Notes under the pieces: model-generated
The model's input: the letters and a program-made list of their open reading frames with translations, nothing else
Databases searched by the model: none
Told to the model about the DNA's origin: nothing
Shown: piece by piece, positions 1 through 9,192 of the stretch
How the letters are laid out: each line of letters starts with the position of its first letter
Numbering within the stretch: position 1 is the first letter of the stretch
Position numbers and translations under genes: made by a program
Assembly (NCBI GenBank): GCA_023380755.1
Contig: JAMCSD010000002.1
Span: 88,022 to 122,194, forward strand
DNA from: Patescibacteria group bacterium
GTDB lineage: Bacteria > Patescibacteriota > Microgenomatia > UBA12405
Direction: 5' to 3'
DNA length: 34,173 nt

Positions 1-1419
1 TGACTTTTTGATGTAGGATGTAACGATATCAACAGCTTGAGTAATTCCGTGGCCATTCCAATGGGTGTCAGAGGGAAGATACAGGATTTCGGAAGAACTT
101 TTAAACGGGTGGTAAAGGTCGATGAAGTTGACCTTGTTTTTTGATAGGTCAGAAAATAATTGATCGAAGAAAGGTGTTTCGGAATTATCCCCGGAAAAAC
201 GGTGATAAATGGTGTATTTTGTCGGCATAGGAATAAAAATTAGTGTAACATTATACTTTGACATAAGGGTTTCGGAAATATATTTTAGATTATCAGCAAT
301 TTTTTGAGTTTCGTCGGGAGAAGGAGGATTTTGGTAAAAATTGACGTCGTTTTCATAAAAGAGCATTTTTGGATTGAGTGAATATTTAGGGGTTAGAGGG
401 CTAATTTTATGGAAAAAGTGAAAGTTTATTGTAGAAATTAGCTCATTAAGGGGTTCAGTAAGGGAGTTTTCTTGAAGGAAGAAGTCATAGGTTTTTAATC
501 GGGAAGCAATTAACGAGTTGGTATAATTGTTCCAACTGATTAAGTTATCAATTAATCCGTCGAAAAGATTGATGGTGACATAGGATGGTTGTGATGGGTT
601 TGATAGGTTGTGATTTAAATCATAAAAGTTAGCCGAAATTTTGTGTTTTCCTGTGGAAAGTTTAGTTGATAAGAAAAAACTCCAACCACTATTGAGCCAC
701 GAGTTGTTTCTAAAAAAGGAGGCGACGTCAGATCGGGGAAGATTGGTAATGGCCTGACCGATGACTTTACCATCGACAAGAATATCAATTTTAGGTAACG
801 GTGAGCCGGACTCATTGTCTCCCGCCCAACCGGAAACATAAAGAATATTATTTTTATAATTGACGATTTCAATTGAACCTTGGGGAGGAGTTTTATCGTT
901 ATTAATAGCTCGATTATTAGCGATAGTGATAACTGGTGAATCGGAGGTCGATTTAGTGATATTTAAATATCTTAATACCAGTCCCCGATCAACGCTTTCA
1001 AGAATTAAAATTTTTGGTTTACCTTTAGTGAAATTATTTTCGGCAAGATATTCCAAAGGATTAGTTTTGCGCCAGGGTTCACCCGACCCCTGGATGTTGT
1101 AGTTGTGAACCTTAACATTCAAGTCATTTTTTAGTTTAGTAGGAAAGCTGGGGAAACCGGTAGCGACATTAAAAAAACTGTCTCCCATGGTAATTATTGA
1201 TGAATCAGCTAATGGGTTGAGTGATGGGATGGGAAGGTTAGTCGGGAGTGGAATTTTAAAATCAATTAATTTACTCATTTGGAATTGGTCTCCATATGAT
1301 GAGCTGTTTGAGAGGGTGTGTTGGCTTAGGTTAGGGACGAATGGAGCTATAAATAGTAAAAGTAAATAGCCGGAAAGACAAAGAATACAAAGAAAGACCG
1401 ATTTATCTTTTAGGGTCAT
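1..1419 (-). CDS. AlgJ/AlgX-like SGNH-fold O-acyltransferase with N-terminal membrane anchor and inserted Ig-like domain (3' end truncated by window)
   Basis: Absent from the ORF track, translated by hand. ATG at 1419, open for 473 codons to position 1: MTLKDKSVFLCILCLSGYLLLLFIAP (TM)...IITMGDSFF...KPKILILESVDR...YVSGWAGD...ILVDGK...RSDVA...GW...LIFIPMPTK...FIDLYHPF...LYLPSDTHWNGHG. GDS and DTHW are the catalytic motifs. It lies 2 bp downstream of the MBOAT gene. Confidence 0.85.
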   Translation of the reverse strand, partial: MTLKDKSVFLCILCLSGYLLLLFIAPFVPNLSQHTLSNSSSYGDQFQMSKLIDFKIPLPTNLPIPSLNPLADSSIITMGDSFFNVATGFPSFPTKLKNDLNVKVHNYNIQGSGEPWRKTNPLEYLAENNFTKGKPKILILESVDRGLVLRYLNITKSTSDSPVITIANNRAINNDKTPPQGSIEIVNYKNNILYVSGWAGDNESGSPLPKIDILVDGKVIGQAITNLPRSDVASFFRNNSWLNSGWSFFLSTKLSTGKHKISANFYDLNHNLSNPSQPSYVTINLFDGLIDNLISWNNYTNSLIASRLKTYDFFLQENSLTEPLNELISTINFHFFHKISPLTPKYSLNPKMLFYENDVNFYQNPPSPDETQKIADNLKYISETLMSKYNVTLIFIPMPTKYTIYHRFSGDNSETPFFDQLFSDLSKNKVNFIDLYHPFKSSSEILYLPSDTHWNGHGITQAVDIVTSYIKKS

Positions 1420-1421
1420 AA

Positions 1422-2804
1422 TTAAAACTTAAAATATAGGAAATCAACGACCTGTCTTGAAGCAAAGAATAGGATTCCAAAAAGCAAGAGAAAGTTTACT
1501 GATATGTAAAGGGGTACGGGATGAGGTGATCTTTTAGAGAAGTAAAAGAAAGGTAAGACGAGTAAGGATATGGCTAAGGGGAAAAGCAGGACCTGGAAAT
1601 TCAGATGGATGGGTGCAGAAGAAAATAAGTGGGTGAGGATATAAAATGCCTCAGGTAGTGACTTGGTTTTGAAAAATACCCAAGCGAAATTAACAAAATT
1701 AAAGGTGAGGAAAATCCCAATCAGTTTTTTAGCCTTTTGGTTTAGGGTAAAAATAGAAGTAAAGAATTTAGTATAAACGGCAGTGATGATTTGATAAATA
1801 CCGTGAAGAAAACCCCAAACAACAAAATTCCAGCTAGATCCGTGCCAGATACCAGTGGCTAAAAAGACGATTAAAATATTGATCATTTGACGCAAAAAGC
1901 CTTTACGGTTACCTCCCAGGGGGATATAAAGATATTCCCGAAACCAAGAGGAAAGGGATATATGCCACCTTTGCCAAAATTCCTTTATAGAGGAAGAGAG
2001 ATAAGGATTATTAAAGTTTTCTGGGACGGGGATACCCAGTATTTTCCCTAGACCCACCGCCATATCTGAATAACCGGAAAAATCAAAATATAATTGAAAG
2101 GAAAAGAGGTAAGTGGAAATAAGGAGATCAATACCCCGAAAGTGATAAATATTACTATAAACAGGAGAGATGATGGTGGCAATATTATTCGCAATAACAA
2201 CCTTTTTAAAAATTCCAATGGTTAAACGATATGTACCACTAAAAAATTTGTCATTAGAAAATGAATTGGGTTGTATGCTTGAACTGTAGAAATTAGAAAA
2301 GCGACTTATTGGTCCGGAAAGAAACTCCGGGAAAAAGATAATGTAAGAAAGGAAATAAAAATAAGATTTGATAGTAGTTGGATTACGGAAAATATCGAAT
2401 AAAAAACTGATAGTTTTAAAAGTAAAAAAAGAAACCCCTATGGAAGCAATGATCGGGTAGGTATCCGGTACCTGAAGATGCAGAGAAGGAAACAGTGGCG
2501 TTAAATTAGTAAAAAGAAAGAGCAGGTATTTAAAATAAGAAAGGAGTAGAAGATCAAAAATAATCGAGATAGCTAAGAAAATTTGGCGGATGGTTCGAGA
2601 AGTAAGCCGAGAAAGAATTAAACCAAAAAAGTAATTAATTAAGGTATAGATTATTAAAAATAGCGGTAGGGAAGCATCAAAAGTGGCTATAAAGATGAAG
2701 GAAATAAAAATCAAAAGAAGAAGACGAAACTTTGCTGGCGTGAGATAAAAGAAAGAAATTGAGATTAAAGCGAAGGCAACAAAGATCGGTGAAGTGATAT
2801 CCAT
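1422..2804 (-). CDS. MBOAT family O-acyltransferase (AlgI/PatA/DltB-like)
   Basis: Polytopic membrane protein with GVSFFTF, FFPEFLSGPI, YFDFSGYSDMA, ENFNNPY, FWQRWHISLSSWFREYLYIPLGG and GIWHG (catalytic His). Confidence 0.95.
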   Translation of the reverse strand: MDITSPIFVAFALISISFFYLTPAKFRLLLLIFISFIFIATFDASLPLFLIIYTLINYFFGLILSRLTSRTIRQIFLAISIIFDLLLLSYFKYLLFLFTNLTPLFPSLHLQVPDTYPIIASIGVSFFTFKTISFLFDIFRNPTTIKSYFYFLSYIIFFPEFLSGPISRFSNFYSSSIQPNSFSNDKFFSGTYRLTIGIFKKVVIANNIATIISPVYSNIYHFRGIDLLISTYLFSFQLYFDFSGYSDMAVGLGKILGIPVPENFNNPYLSSSIKEFWQRWHISLSSWFREYLYIPLGGNRKGFLRQMINILIVFLATGIWHGSSWNFVVWGFLHGIYQIITAVYTKFFTSIFTLNQKAKKLIGIFLTFNFVNFAWVFFKTKSLPEAFYILTHLFSSAPIHLNFQVLLFPLAISLLVLPFFYFSKRSPHPVPLYISVNFLLLFGILFFASRQVVDFLYFKF

Positions 2805-5533
2805 TAAAAGGTGTTGTTGATAATCTGGAGCCGGTTTTCGATTAGTTTGGTTATACGAGAAGGGGAAAAATGATTAACCACATCGGTAAAACCTTGAAGG
2901 GTGATAAGGTCGAGAGTTTTTTGGTCCATTTCATATAGTTTTTTCATTTGAAAAGCAGCATGGTCGATATCCGGATCAGCCCAGTAACTGCCAGCTTCAT
3001 ATGGTCCAATGGCTTCTTTGAGGATAAAGGGTTGGTAATTTACCGGGAAAGAGTTACCTTCGTTTTCAAAGTCACGGTTACCTGAGTAACTAGTTGATAT
3101 TACCGGTTTTTTTAATAAATGAGCATTGATTAGAGGAATACCCAATCCTTCAGCCCGATGAAGGCTAACATAAGCATTGGCTCGGTTCAGAAGAGAAGTG
3201 ACCTCCTGATTTTCAAGGTAGGAATCTATTAAGATAATTTGTTTGTTCTGGTCTAAGGCTTTTTGGAATTGTTTATAAATATCTGTTTTGGCGATTTGGG
3301 TAGTTTTGATGATCAGTTTGATGTTTTTTTTGCCTTTGAAAGCCAGGGTAAAGGCTTTCATAAGAGCGAAGGGATTTTTTCTCTGCCAAAAAGAAGCAGA
3401 GTCAAATAAATTGAGAAAGAGGAAATCGTCATGTTCGACACGGCAATCGTATTTGGGAAAACTAAAAGGCTTTATTTTGGATTGTGGAGGTATAAAGACC
3501 GGTGGAATGCATATTATGGGTTTAGGTGATTTGGCTGAGATAGCTTGTTGGACAAAAGAAGTGGCTGTCCAAACTTCGTTAACAACCGAAAAACTATTTT
3601 GGTAATTATCCGGAAAGATATCTGACTCCCAATACCAGTAACCAATATTATATTTATTTTTAACGTAACCCTTGGGAAAATTATTTTCGAGAACAGGTAT
3701 TAATTGGTCGGCATTGACGCAAATCAGATTAATAGGAAAGTTATTTTTTTGGGTAAAGATATTGATGAAGGTCTTATCGTTGCGTCTTAGCCATGGTTGC
3801 TCGATATTGTTTAGGTTTAAGGGGATATTGGCGTTCTGGAGAGCCCGGACAAGACCTCTCCCTGACTCCCCTACACCGCTTTCAGTATCAAAATAACCAC
3901 TGATGTTACAGCCAAGAGTGTTAACCTCAGGTATATTAATAGCGGGATGGCTAACATCGGAAATTTGACGGGATTTTCTTTTCAAGAAATGACGATCAAA
4001 AAAAAGAAATTTAGAGGAAAGGGTAAGAAGATATAGATAATAAAATAAAATGGGATGAGTATAAAGACGACCATGCTTTAAGGTGAATTCGGTACTATTA
4101 AAAAGTCTAGCTAAAAATAAATTTCGAGAAGTCCTGAAAAGGTTCAGTTCCTTAAGATTTTTATTAAATCCGTCATGGTCGGGGCTACGATGAAGAATAA
4201 TTTTATAACTGCTGATAATAAAGTCAGGATTGCTTTGTTTTCTTTTGTTAGTTTCAAGGGAAAAAATTGTTTCCAGGACATTAAGGGGAATATAAGTACC
4301 AAAGGCAAAAACCGTATGGGTCCGATGGATTCTTTTTTGCAGACGAATGAAATATTCGGGTATACGGTAAATCGATTTGCCAATTGTTAGTGCCCAGTTA
4401 AGGTAAGTTTCTAATAATTGGATATTGTATGGCTGATCGAGGGGGAACTCCCGATGAACATCGTTTACAGATTCATTAAGAAGAAGAAAAAAATTTACAA
4501 TTTTTGTTTTATCGTTAATGATTACAAATTTAGAGAGAAAAGAAAAAAAGGATCCTTTAGGTTTGGTTTCAAAAAGCTTAATAAAATGAAGTTCATTTTT
4601 TTGTGTTAGGTAACGATAAATGCCTTTTATTTGGGGAGAAATTTCGACACCATTGTCAAAGTTAGCGTAAGGATAATGATATTGATTTATTTCTGGGTGC
4701 TGATTATTAAAAAATGATAGTTTCTTGGCATAATCATTAAAAAGCTTTTTATAATCGCCAATATTTTCAAGGGTGAACCGGTCTTGATGCTTGGAAAGAA
4801 CATTTTTTTCTGGAATAAATCCACTGAAATGAAAAAAATAGATATTATTTATGGGAACAAGACCAACATATTCGTGTAGATTCCAGTAGGCGGTATCATA
4901 ACCTTTGTCCCGGAGGATAAAGGTATCAAGAAAGGAAGGAGCATAATCCATCCATTTTTGATCCGTGAACATAAAATGATCAGTATCGGAATAAGCGTAA
5001 TCCCGCAGCTGATTCCCCCACCATTTAAGAAAAGACAAAACCTGATTATTTCGAGTTAAAGCAACAAAGCCGAGATTGTAGTAACCACAAGCCATAAAGC
5101 TCCATTCGTCAGGGTGTTTTTTATCATTGGTGGGGCTGGTACGATGAGGAATTAGAACGCAATCATGAGTCTCCAATTCTAAAAAAACCTTATCTATTGG
5201 TTTATAAAAACAAATATCCGGATCGATATATAAGATCTGATCGGGGTGTTCTTTTTTATTAAAAAACCAGGAGAATATAAAAGGCTTAACGGCGGTAGAT
5301 AATTCCATTAGACTGTATTTAAAGCAGAGCTCGTTGAAATCAGGAATATTTTCTACTTGAGTCAGAGAGATGGCTTTATAGTTTGCAGAAGGGATACATT
5401 TATCGTCGACAAAAAAGACGAAAAAATCATGATCCGGATGGTGTTGGTGGTAACTTTTAGCTAGAACTTCGGCTTGGGCATAGTAATTTTGAGCAATAAT
5501 TGTGAAGGCAAAAACCTTTTTATTTATATTCAT
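2804..5533 (-). CDS. Multidomain glycosyltransferase: N-terminal GT-A (GT8-like), central DUF4214-like helical module, C-terminal GT-B (GT4-like)
   Basis: N-terminal ELSTAVKP, YIDPDI (DXD), YNLGF, FTDQKW, FFHFSGF. Middle YKIILHRSPDHDG...FNSTEF. C-terminal SGVGESGR, IGYWYWE, RKNP, YVSLHRAEGLGIPLINA. Confidence 0.85.
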   Translation of the reverse strand: MNINKKVFAFTIIAQNYYAQAEVLAKSYHQHHPDHDFFVFFVDDKCIPSANYKAISLTQVENIPDFNELCFKYSLMELSTAVKPFIFSWFFNKKEHPDQILYIDPDICFYKPIDKVFLELETHDCVLIPHRTSPTNDKKHPDEWSFMACGYYNLGFVALTRNNQVLSFLKWWGNQLRDYAYSDTDHFMFTDQKWMDYAPSFLDTFILRDKGYDTAYWNLHEYVGLVPINNIYFFHFSGFIPEKNVLSKHQDRFTLENIGDYKKLFNDYAKKLSFFNNQHPEINQYHYPYANFDNGVEISPQIKGIYRYLTQKNELHFIKLFETKPKGSFFSFLSKFVIINDKTKIVNFFLLLNESVNDVHREFPLDQPYNIQLLETYLNWALTIGKSIYRIPEYFIRLQKRIHRTHTVFAFGTYIPLNVLETIFSLETNKRKQSNPDFIISSYKIILHRSPDHDGFNKNLKELNLFRTSRNLFLARLFNSTEFTLKHGRLYTHPILFYYLYLLTLSSKFLFFDRHFLKRKSRQISDVSHPAINIPEVNTLGCNISGYFDTESGVGESGRGLVRALQNANIPLNLNNIEQPWLRRNDKTFINIFTQKNNFPINLICVNADQLIPVLENNFPKGYVKNKYNIGYWYWESDIFPDNYQNSFSVVNEVWTATSFVQQAISAKSPKPIICIPPVFIPPQSKIKPFSFPKYDCRVEHDDFLFLNLFDSASFWQRKNPFALMKAFTLAFKGKKNIKLIIKTTQIAKTDIYKQFQKALDQNKQIILIDSYLENQEVTSLLNRANAYVSLHRAEGLGIPLINAHLLKKPVISTSYSGNRDFENEGNSFPVNYQPFILKEAIGPYEAGSYWADPDIDHAAFQMKKLYEMDQKTLDLITLQGFTDVVNHFSPSRITKLIENRLQIINNTF

Positions 5534-5537
5534 AAAA

Positions 5538-7262
5538 TTACCAAAGCTTAGGAGTTTTTATCCCTAAAGCCATTTCAAGATAATTTTCAGTGTCTGAATA
5601 ATCGTCAGTCTGGCAGTGAGCTATCAAACGATTACCGTTGACAAAAGATTTTACAACCTTAAAGCTTGTTTCTTCGAGCATGTTATTAAGGCAAATAAGA
5701 TTTGGTGCCCAGTAATTAGATGGGTCATTATTTAATGTGTGCTTTGGGTAAAATTGCATTAATGGTATATTTTCTAAAATCGGGGAAATGGAGGCAAGTG
5801 GAGTAAATTGCCCATTGGGAAGAAGGAAAGAATTTTCGATGCCTTGGGTTTCAATATACATTTTATTACTACAAACACTACGGACAATGTGTAAAGCTTT
5901 TATTGGGTCTGGTAAATGGTATAGCAAACCCAAAAATAACACAATGTCAAATTTACCATATTTTTTAGGAGAAATGTTGTATATATTATCTTGAACGTAA
6001 TGTACATTTTTGCTGTTTAAAATTTCAGCCATAACGGAAAATCCGGTAGTATTTTTAGGTACATAGTCAAGAGCCATTACTTTAGCGCCCCTTTTTTCGA
6101 GCTCAAAAGAAAAAAAACCATCCCGGGCTCCAATGTCCAAAACACTTAACCCAGAACAGTCTTCGGGTAGGTCAAGTAGTTTTAAAACTTCAGAAGAATC
6201 ATTGACACCAGGTGTAATTAACCCCGGGAGGATTTCAAATTGATGATACCAATTTTTTACACTAGTAATCTTTTCCTGGATTTCCTCCTTGGTGAAGATT
6301 TTTTCTTTAGGGGTTTTCTTAATTTTTTTTAAAAGAGTCTGGAGCAAATTTTGTCTCGAAGGTTGAGGGTGATGGATTAACTGGCTATAAGCTTTATGAA
6401 GTTTTTGATATTCTAATTGAGTTTTTTTAAGCTCCTTGTCGACTAGAGAGTATTGAATCGCAAATTCTTTGTGGAGATTGCTTTCTTTACTTTGAAATTC
6501 AAGGTTAAGTTTTTCATTTAATTGCATGAATTGATATGGAATATAATTGTCGGTGGCGTTAGCAGGTTTTTGCAGGAGTGATAAATAGTCGGAATGCTCG
6601 CGGTCAACATAAAAAATGTTAATACCATCGTATAAAGCTTTTAGATATCCGTGAGCAGACATAAACCGGTCAATTTGCAATGGGTTCTCTGTTTCAATAA
6701 GGACTATACTCGGATGGTATTTCTTCCAGTTATTACTTTTAAGAACATGTTCTTCGTAACCTTCAACATCAATTTTTAGAAAGTCAAATTTGTGTGGTGT
6801 GTCATGATCGTCTAGAATTTGTTCGAGGGTGTTTGTAGATACTTTTAATTTAGAGAAATTGGCACCTTGTTTAGTAAGATAGTGAAATTGTTTTTTCGAG
6901 AAGGTGGACCATTCGTTGACAGTGTGGCACTGGTAAAAAGACAGTAATGCTTTTTTAGAACTCACTCCAATATTTAGATTTATGTCGTTAGGGCGTATAG
7001 CTTTCAAACGTTCGAAGAAAGTAGCCTGCGGTTCGATATTAATACCCCGCCAACCCTTTAAATAAAATAAGTATGTTACTGAGTTAATAATCGGATCGGC
7101 AGCTCCGATGTCGACATAAAAACCCTTGTCTTGATGGGAAAAGACACGATTGATAACTATATCTTCTGCGTTTTGGGAATATGATGTTATAGGGTTATTG
7201 GACGTTTGAAAAGATCGGGAATTTAAATGATCAAGAGGGTGTTTATCTGAGTTGGTAGGCAT
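5538..7262 (-). CDS. Two-domain SAM-dependent methyltransferase: FkbM-type domain, coiled coil, then a second class I (DUF1698/CmoB-like) domain; possible glycan chain terminator
   Basis: SYSQNAED, FYVDIGAADP, GWRGINIEP and LKIDVEGYE (FkbM). Heptad-like segment QLNEKLNLEFQSKE...KLHKAYSQL. Second domain WYHQFE, VLDIGARDGFFSF, FDIVLFLGLLYHL, NYWAPN. Confidence 0.85.
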   Translation of the reverse strand: MPTNSDKHPLDHLNSRSFQTSNNPITSYSQNAEDIVINRVFSHQDKGFYVDIGAADPIINSVTYLFYLKGWRGINIEPQATFFERLKAIRPNDINLNIGVSSKKALLSFYQCHTVNEWSTFSKKQFHYLTKQGANFSKLKVSTNTLEQILDDHDTPHKFDFLKIDVEGYEEHVLKSNNWKKYHPSIVLIETENPLQIDRFMSAHGYLKALYDGINIFYVDREHSDYLSLLQKPANATDNYIPYQFMQLNEKLNLEFQSKESNLHKEFAIQYSLVDKELKKTQLEYQKLHKAYSQLIHHPQPSRQNLLQTLLKKIKKTPKEKIFTKEEIQEKITSVKNWYHQFEILPGLITPGVNDSSEVLKLLDLPEDCSGLSVLDIGARDGFFSFELEKRGAKVMALDYVPKNTTGFSVMAEILNSKNVHYVQDNIYNISPKKYGKFDIVLFLGLLYHLPDPIKALHIVRSVCSNKMYIETQGIENSFLLPNGQFTPLASISPILENIPLMQFYPKHTLNNDPSNYWAPNLICLNNMLEETSFKVVKSFVNGNRLIAHCQTDDYSDTENYLEMALGIKTPKLW

Positions 7263-8405
7263 TTATAAATTAATATATAAGTTGTCAGCAAAACTATCAA
7301 GGTTATAGTTTTTAAATAAGGAATACTGAATATCAATCTGAGTGCGGGAGAATGAGGAAACTAGATCACTAGTAAGTTTATTGTTAAAACTGGGTATCTT
7401 TGAAGGTAGAGAAATAAAAGCTGATTCCTGGTTAATAATAATAGGGGTACCGTAATAAATTGATTCAAAATTAACAATCCCGAGACTTTCTTCAATAGAG
7501 GGGTTGATAAAAATATCCATTAAGTTAAATATTTTCTCTTTTTCTTTATCAGGAAAGTCATAAATAATGGTTAATTGTTTGGAATCCAAATATTTTTTAA
7601 AATGTTTCTCGATTGCCGAACTACCATTGTTGCGGGCACCGGCGAAGATTACTTTGAAGTTGGCTTGCAACAAACTATCAAAAAGATAAAGGTTCTTTCT
7701 TTCGCATATTTGACCAACGTAGCCAATGGTAGGATGGGAAAAATCGTACTTTCTTTTAGCATTTTTTGTTTTTTGAAGTGCTATTTGTTTCTTAGAATAT
7801 GGACAGTAGGTGTTGATAATGGATTGGGTATCGGAAATGTGGTAGTTATTTGATAATTTTTCTTTTTCAAAGCTAGTTAGAAAGATGATTTTGGTGGCAA
7901 AATTCAGAGCCTGTTGAAAAAATGGAGAGTGGTTGTAATAGGAGACGTTATGATAAGCAGGTAGGACAAAAAGTTTTTTATTAAAATCGAGGGCAAACCG
8001 ATAGGCATCCCAAATCGCTTTAGTGGGGAAAGCAATACCAAAAAGGTAGTCACTGGAACGGATGATGTCTAAATCATCTTGGGTGTACTTAAGGATGGGA
8101 CCAAAAAATAAATGTGACAATATGCCGAATTTAGTTACTGGGCGGTAAAGAAATTTATTAGCCAGTCTTTGTTGCTGAAAATTAAGTTCAAGGCGGTGAA
8201 TGGTTGGATTATCTTTATCGGTAAAAAAGTTATTGAAGGTTTTATAACTATCGAGAGACAATCCCTGGCCAGTAAAAACATGAACCTCAAATTTTTCGTC
8301 AAGAATTTTTTTAATTTCACTAGACAGAAATTCAGCACCTCCCTTGGCTGGCGGGTAACAGTGGACAAAAAGAGAAATTATTGGTTTATTGGTGTTTTTG
8401 ATCAT
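7263..8405 (-). CDS. Glycosyltransferase family 4 (GT-B)
   Basis: YPPAKGGAE, IGYVGQICERKN, DIFINPSIEESLGIVNFES (EX7E). Confidence 0.9.
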   Translation of the reverse strand: MIKNTNKPIISLFVHCYPPAKGGAEFLSSEIKKILDEKFEVHVFTGQGLSLDSYKTFNNFFTDKDNPTIHRLELNFQQQRLANKFLYRPVTKFGILSHLFFGPILKYTQDDLDIIRSSDYLFGIAFPTKAIWDAYRFALDFNKKLFVLPAYHNVSYYNHSPFFQQALNFATKIIFLTSFEKEKLSNNYHISDTQSIINTYCPYSKKQIALQKTKNAKRKYDFSHPTIGYVGQICERKNLYLFDSLLQANFKVIFAGARNNGSSAIEKHFKKYLDSKQLTIIYDFPDKEKEKIFNLMDIFINPSIEESLGIVNFESIYYGTPIIINQESAFISLPSKIPSFNNKLTSDLVSSFSRTQIDIQYSLFKNYNLDSFADNLYINL

Positions 8406-9132
8406 TTAAATACTTTTGGCAGGATTCAATTGGGTTACCTTCAAAGAGTATTCGAGAGTGATTAAGATAAATTACCGAAGAACAAAATGCTTGAACTTGG
8501 GTAAGGTTATGAGAAACGAAGAGAATGGTCACTCCCCTTTTTTTAAATTCTTCCATTTTAGAAAAACATTTGGCTTGAAAATCATCGTCACCCACGGCCA
8601 GAATCTCGTCAACAATTAATATCTCGGGATCGACATGAACTGCGATAGCAAAGGCAAGGCGCATATACATTCCAGAAGAGTAATGTTTGACTGGCTGGTC
8701 GATGAAATCCCAAAGCTCGGCAAAATCGACAATATTTTTATAGTAATTATCAATTTCTTTGCGCTTTAGTCCCAGTATGGCTCCATTTAAGTAAATGTTT
8801 TCTTTACCCGAGAGTTCGGGATGCATGCCGGCACCCAGTTCAATGAGGGGTGAGACTTTACCCTTAACAATGACCTGACCTTTGGTGGGTGACATGACTC
8901 CAGCAACTAACTTGAGGATAGTCGATTTACCGGATCCGTTTGGACCAATTATACCGATAGTTTCTCCCTTACTTATAGTAAAATTAATATCTGAAAGGGC
9001 AGTGAAATTTTTATGGGTTTCGTCACCAACGAATAAAGCAGGAAGAAATTCCTTAAAAGTACGGTGCTGGAGAAGGGTAAATTCCTTGGTGACGTGCTGG
9101 AAATCGATAATTGGGGGATTCTGGTTAGTCAT
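8386..9132 (-). CDS. wzt: Polysaccharide ABC exporter ATP-binding subunit (Wzt/TagH), without C-terminal CBM
   Basis: Walker A GPNGSGKST, YSSGMYMRLAFA signature, Walker B ILIVDE, H-loop VSH. Only 248 aa. Confidence 0.95.
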   Translation of the reverse strand: MTNQNPPIIDFQHVTKEFTLLQHRTFKEFLPALFVGDETHKNFTALSDINFTISKGETIGIIGPNGSGKSTILKLVAGVMSPTKGQVIVKGKVSPLIELGAGMHPELSGKENIYLNGAILGLKRKEIDNYYKNIVDFAELWDFIDQPVKHYSSGMYMRLAFAIAVHVDPEILIVDEILAVGDDDFQAKCFSKMEEFKKRGVTILFVSHNLTQVQAFCSSVIYLNHSRILFEGNPIESCQKYLNDQKHQ

Positions 9133-9192
9133 TACTCACTTACTTTAACATGATTTTGCAAATTTGAGCGATTCGTGGCACCATAATGGGCA
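9133..9192. promoter_or_regulatory. Divergent promoter region with probable leaderless or near-leaderless transcripts
   Basis: The only intergenic gap over 6 bp in the window. Plus strand: TTGCAA (9156-9161), 17 bp, TGn-CACCAT (9179-9184), overlapping CATAAT (9182-9187) 5 nt before ATG 9193. Minus strand: extended -10 TGnTAAAGT (9150-9142) 9 nt before ATG 9132. No SD motif. Confidence 0.55.

Noticed and set aside
615-1369. Short track ORFs 615-872, 860-1102 and 1187-1369, and all other 60-116 aa ORFs nested in larger genes
   Set aside because: They are antisense or off-frame shadows of long, motif-bearing CDSs. The 1-1419 region is explained by the truncated SGNH gene.
1-2804. Alginate or dlt operon
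   Set aside because: There is no alg8/alg44/algE and no dltA/dltC. The pair is a generic MBOAT plus SGNH acylation module.
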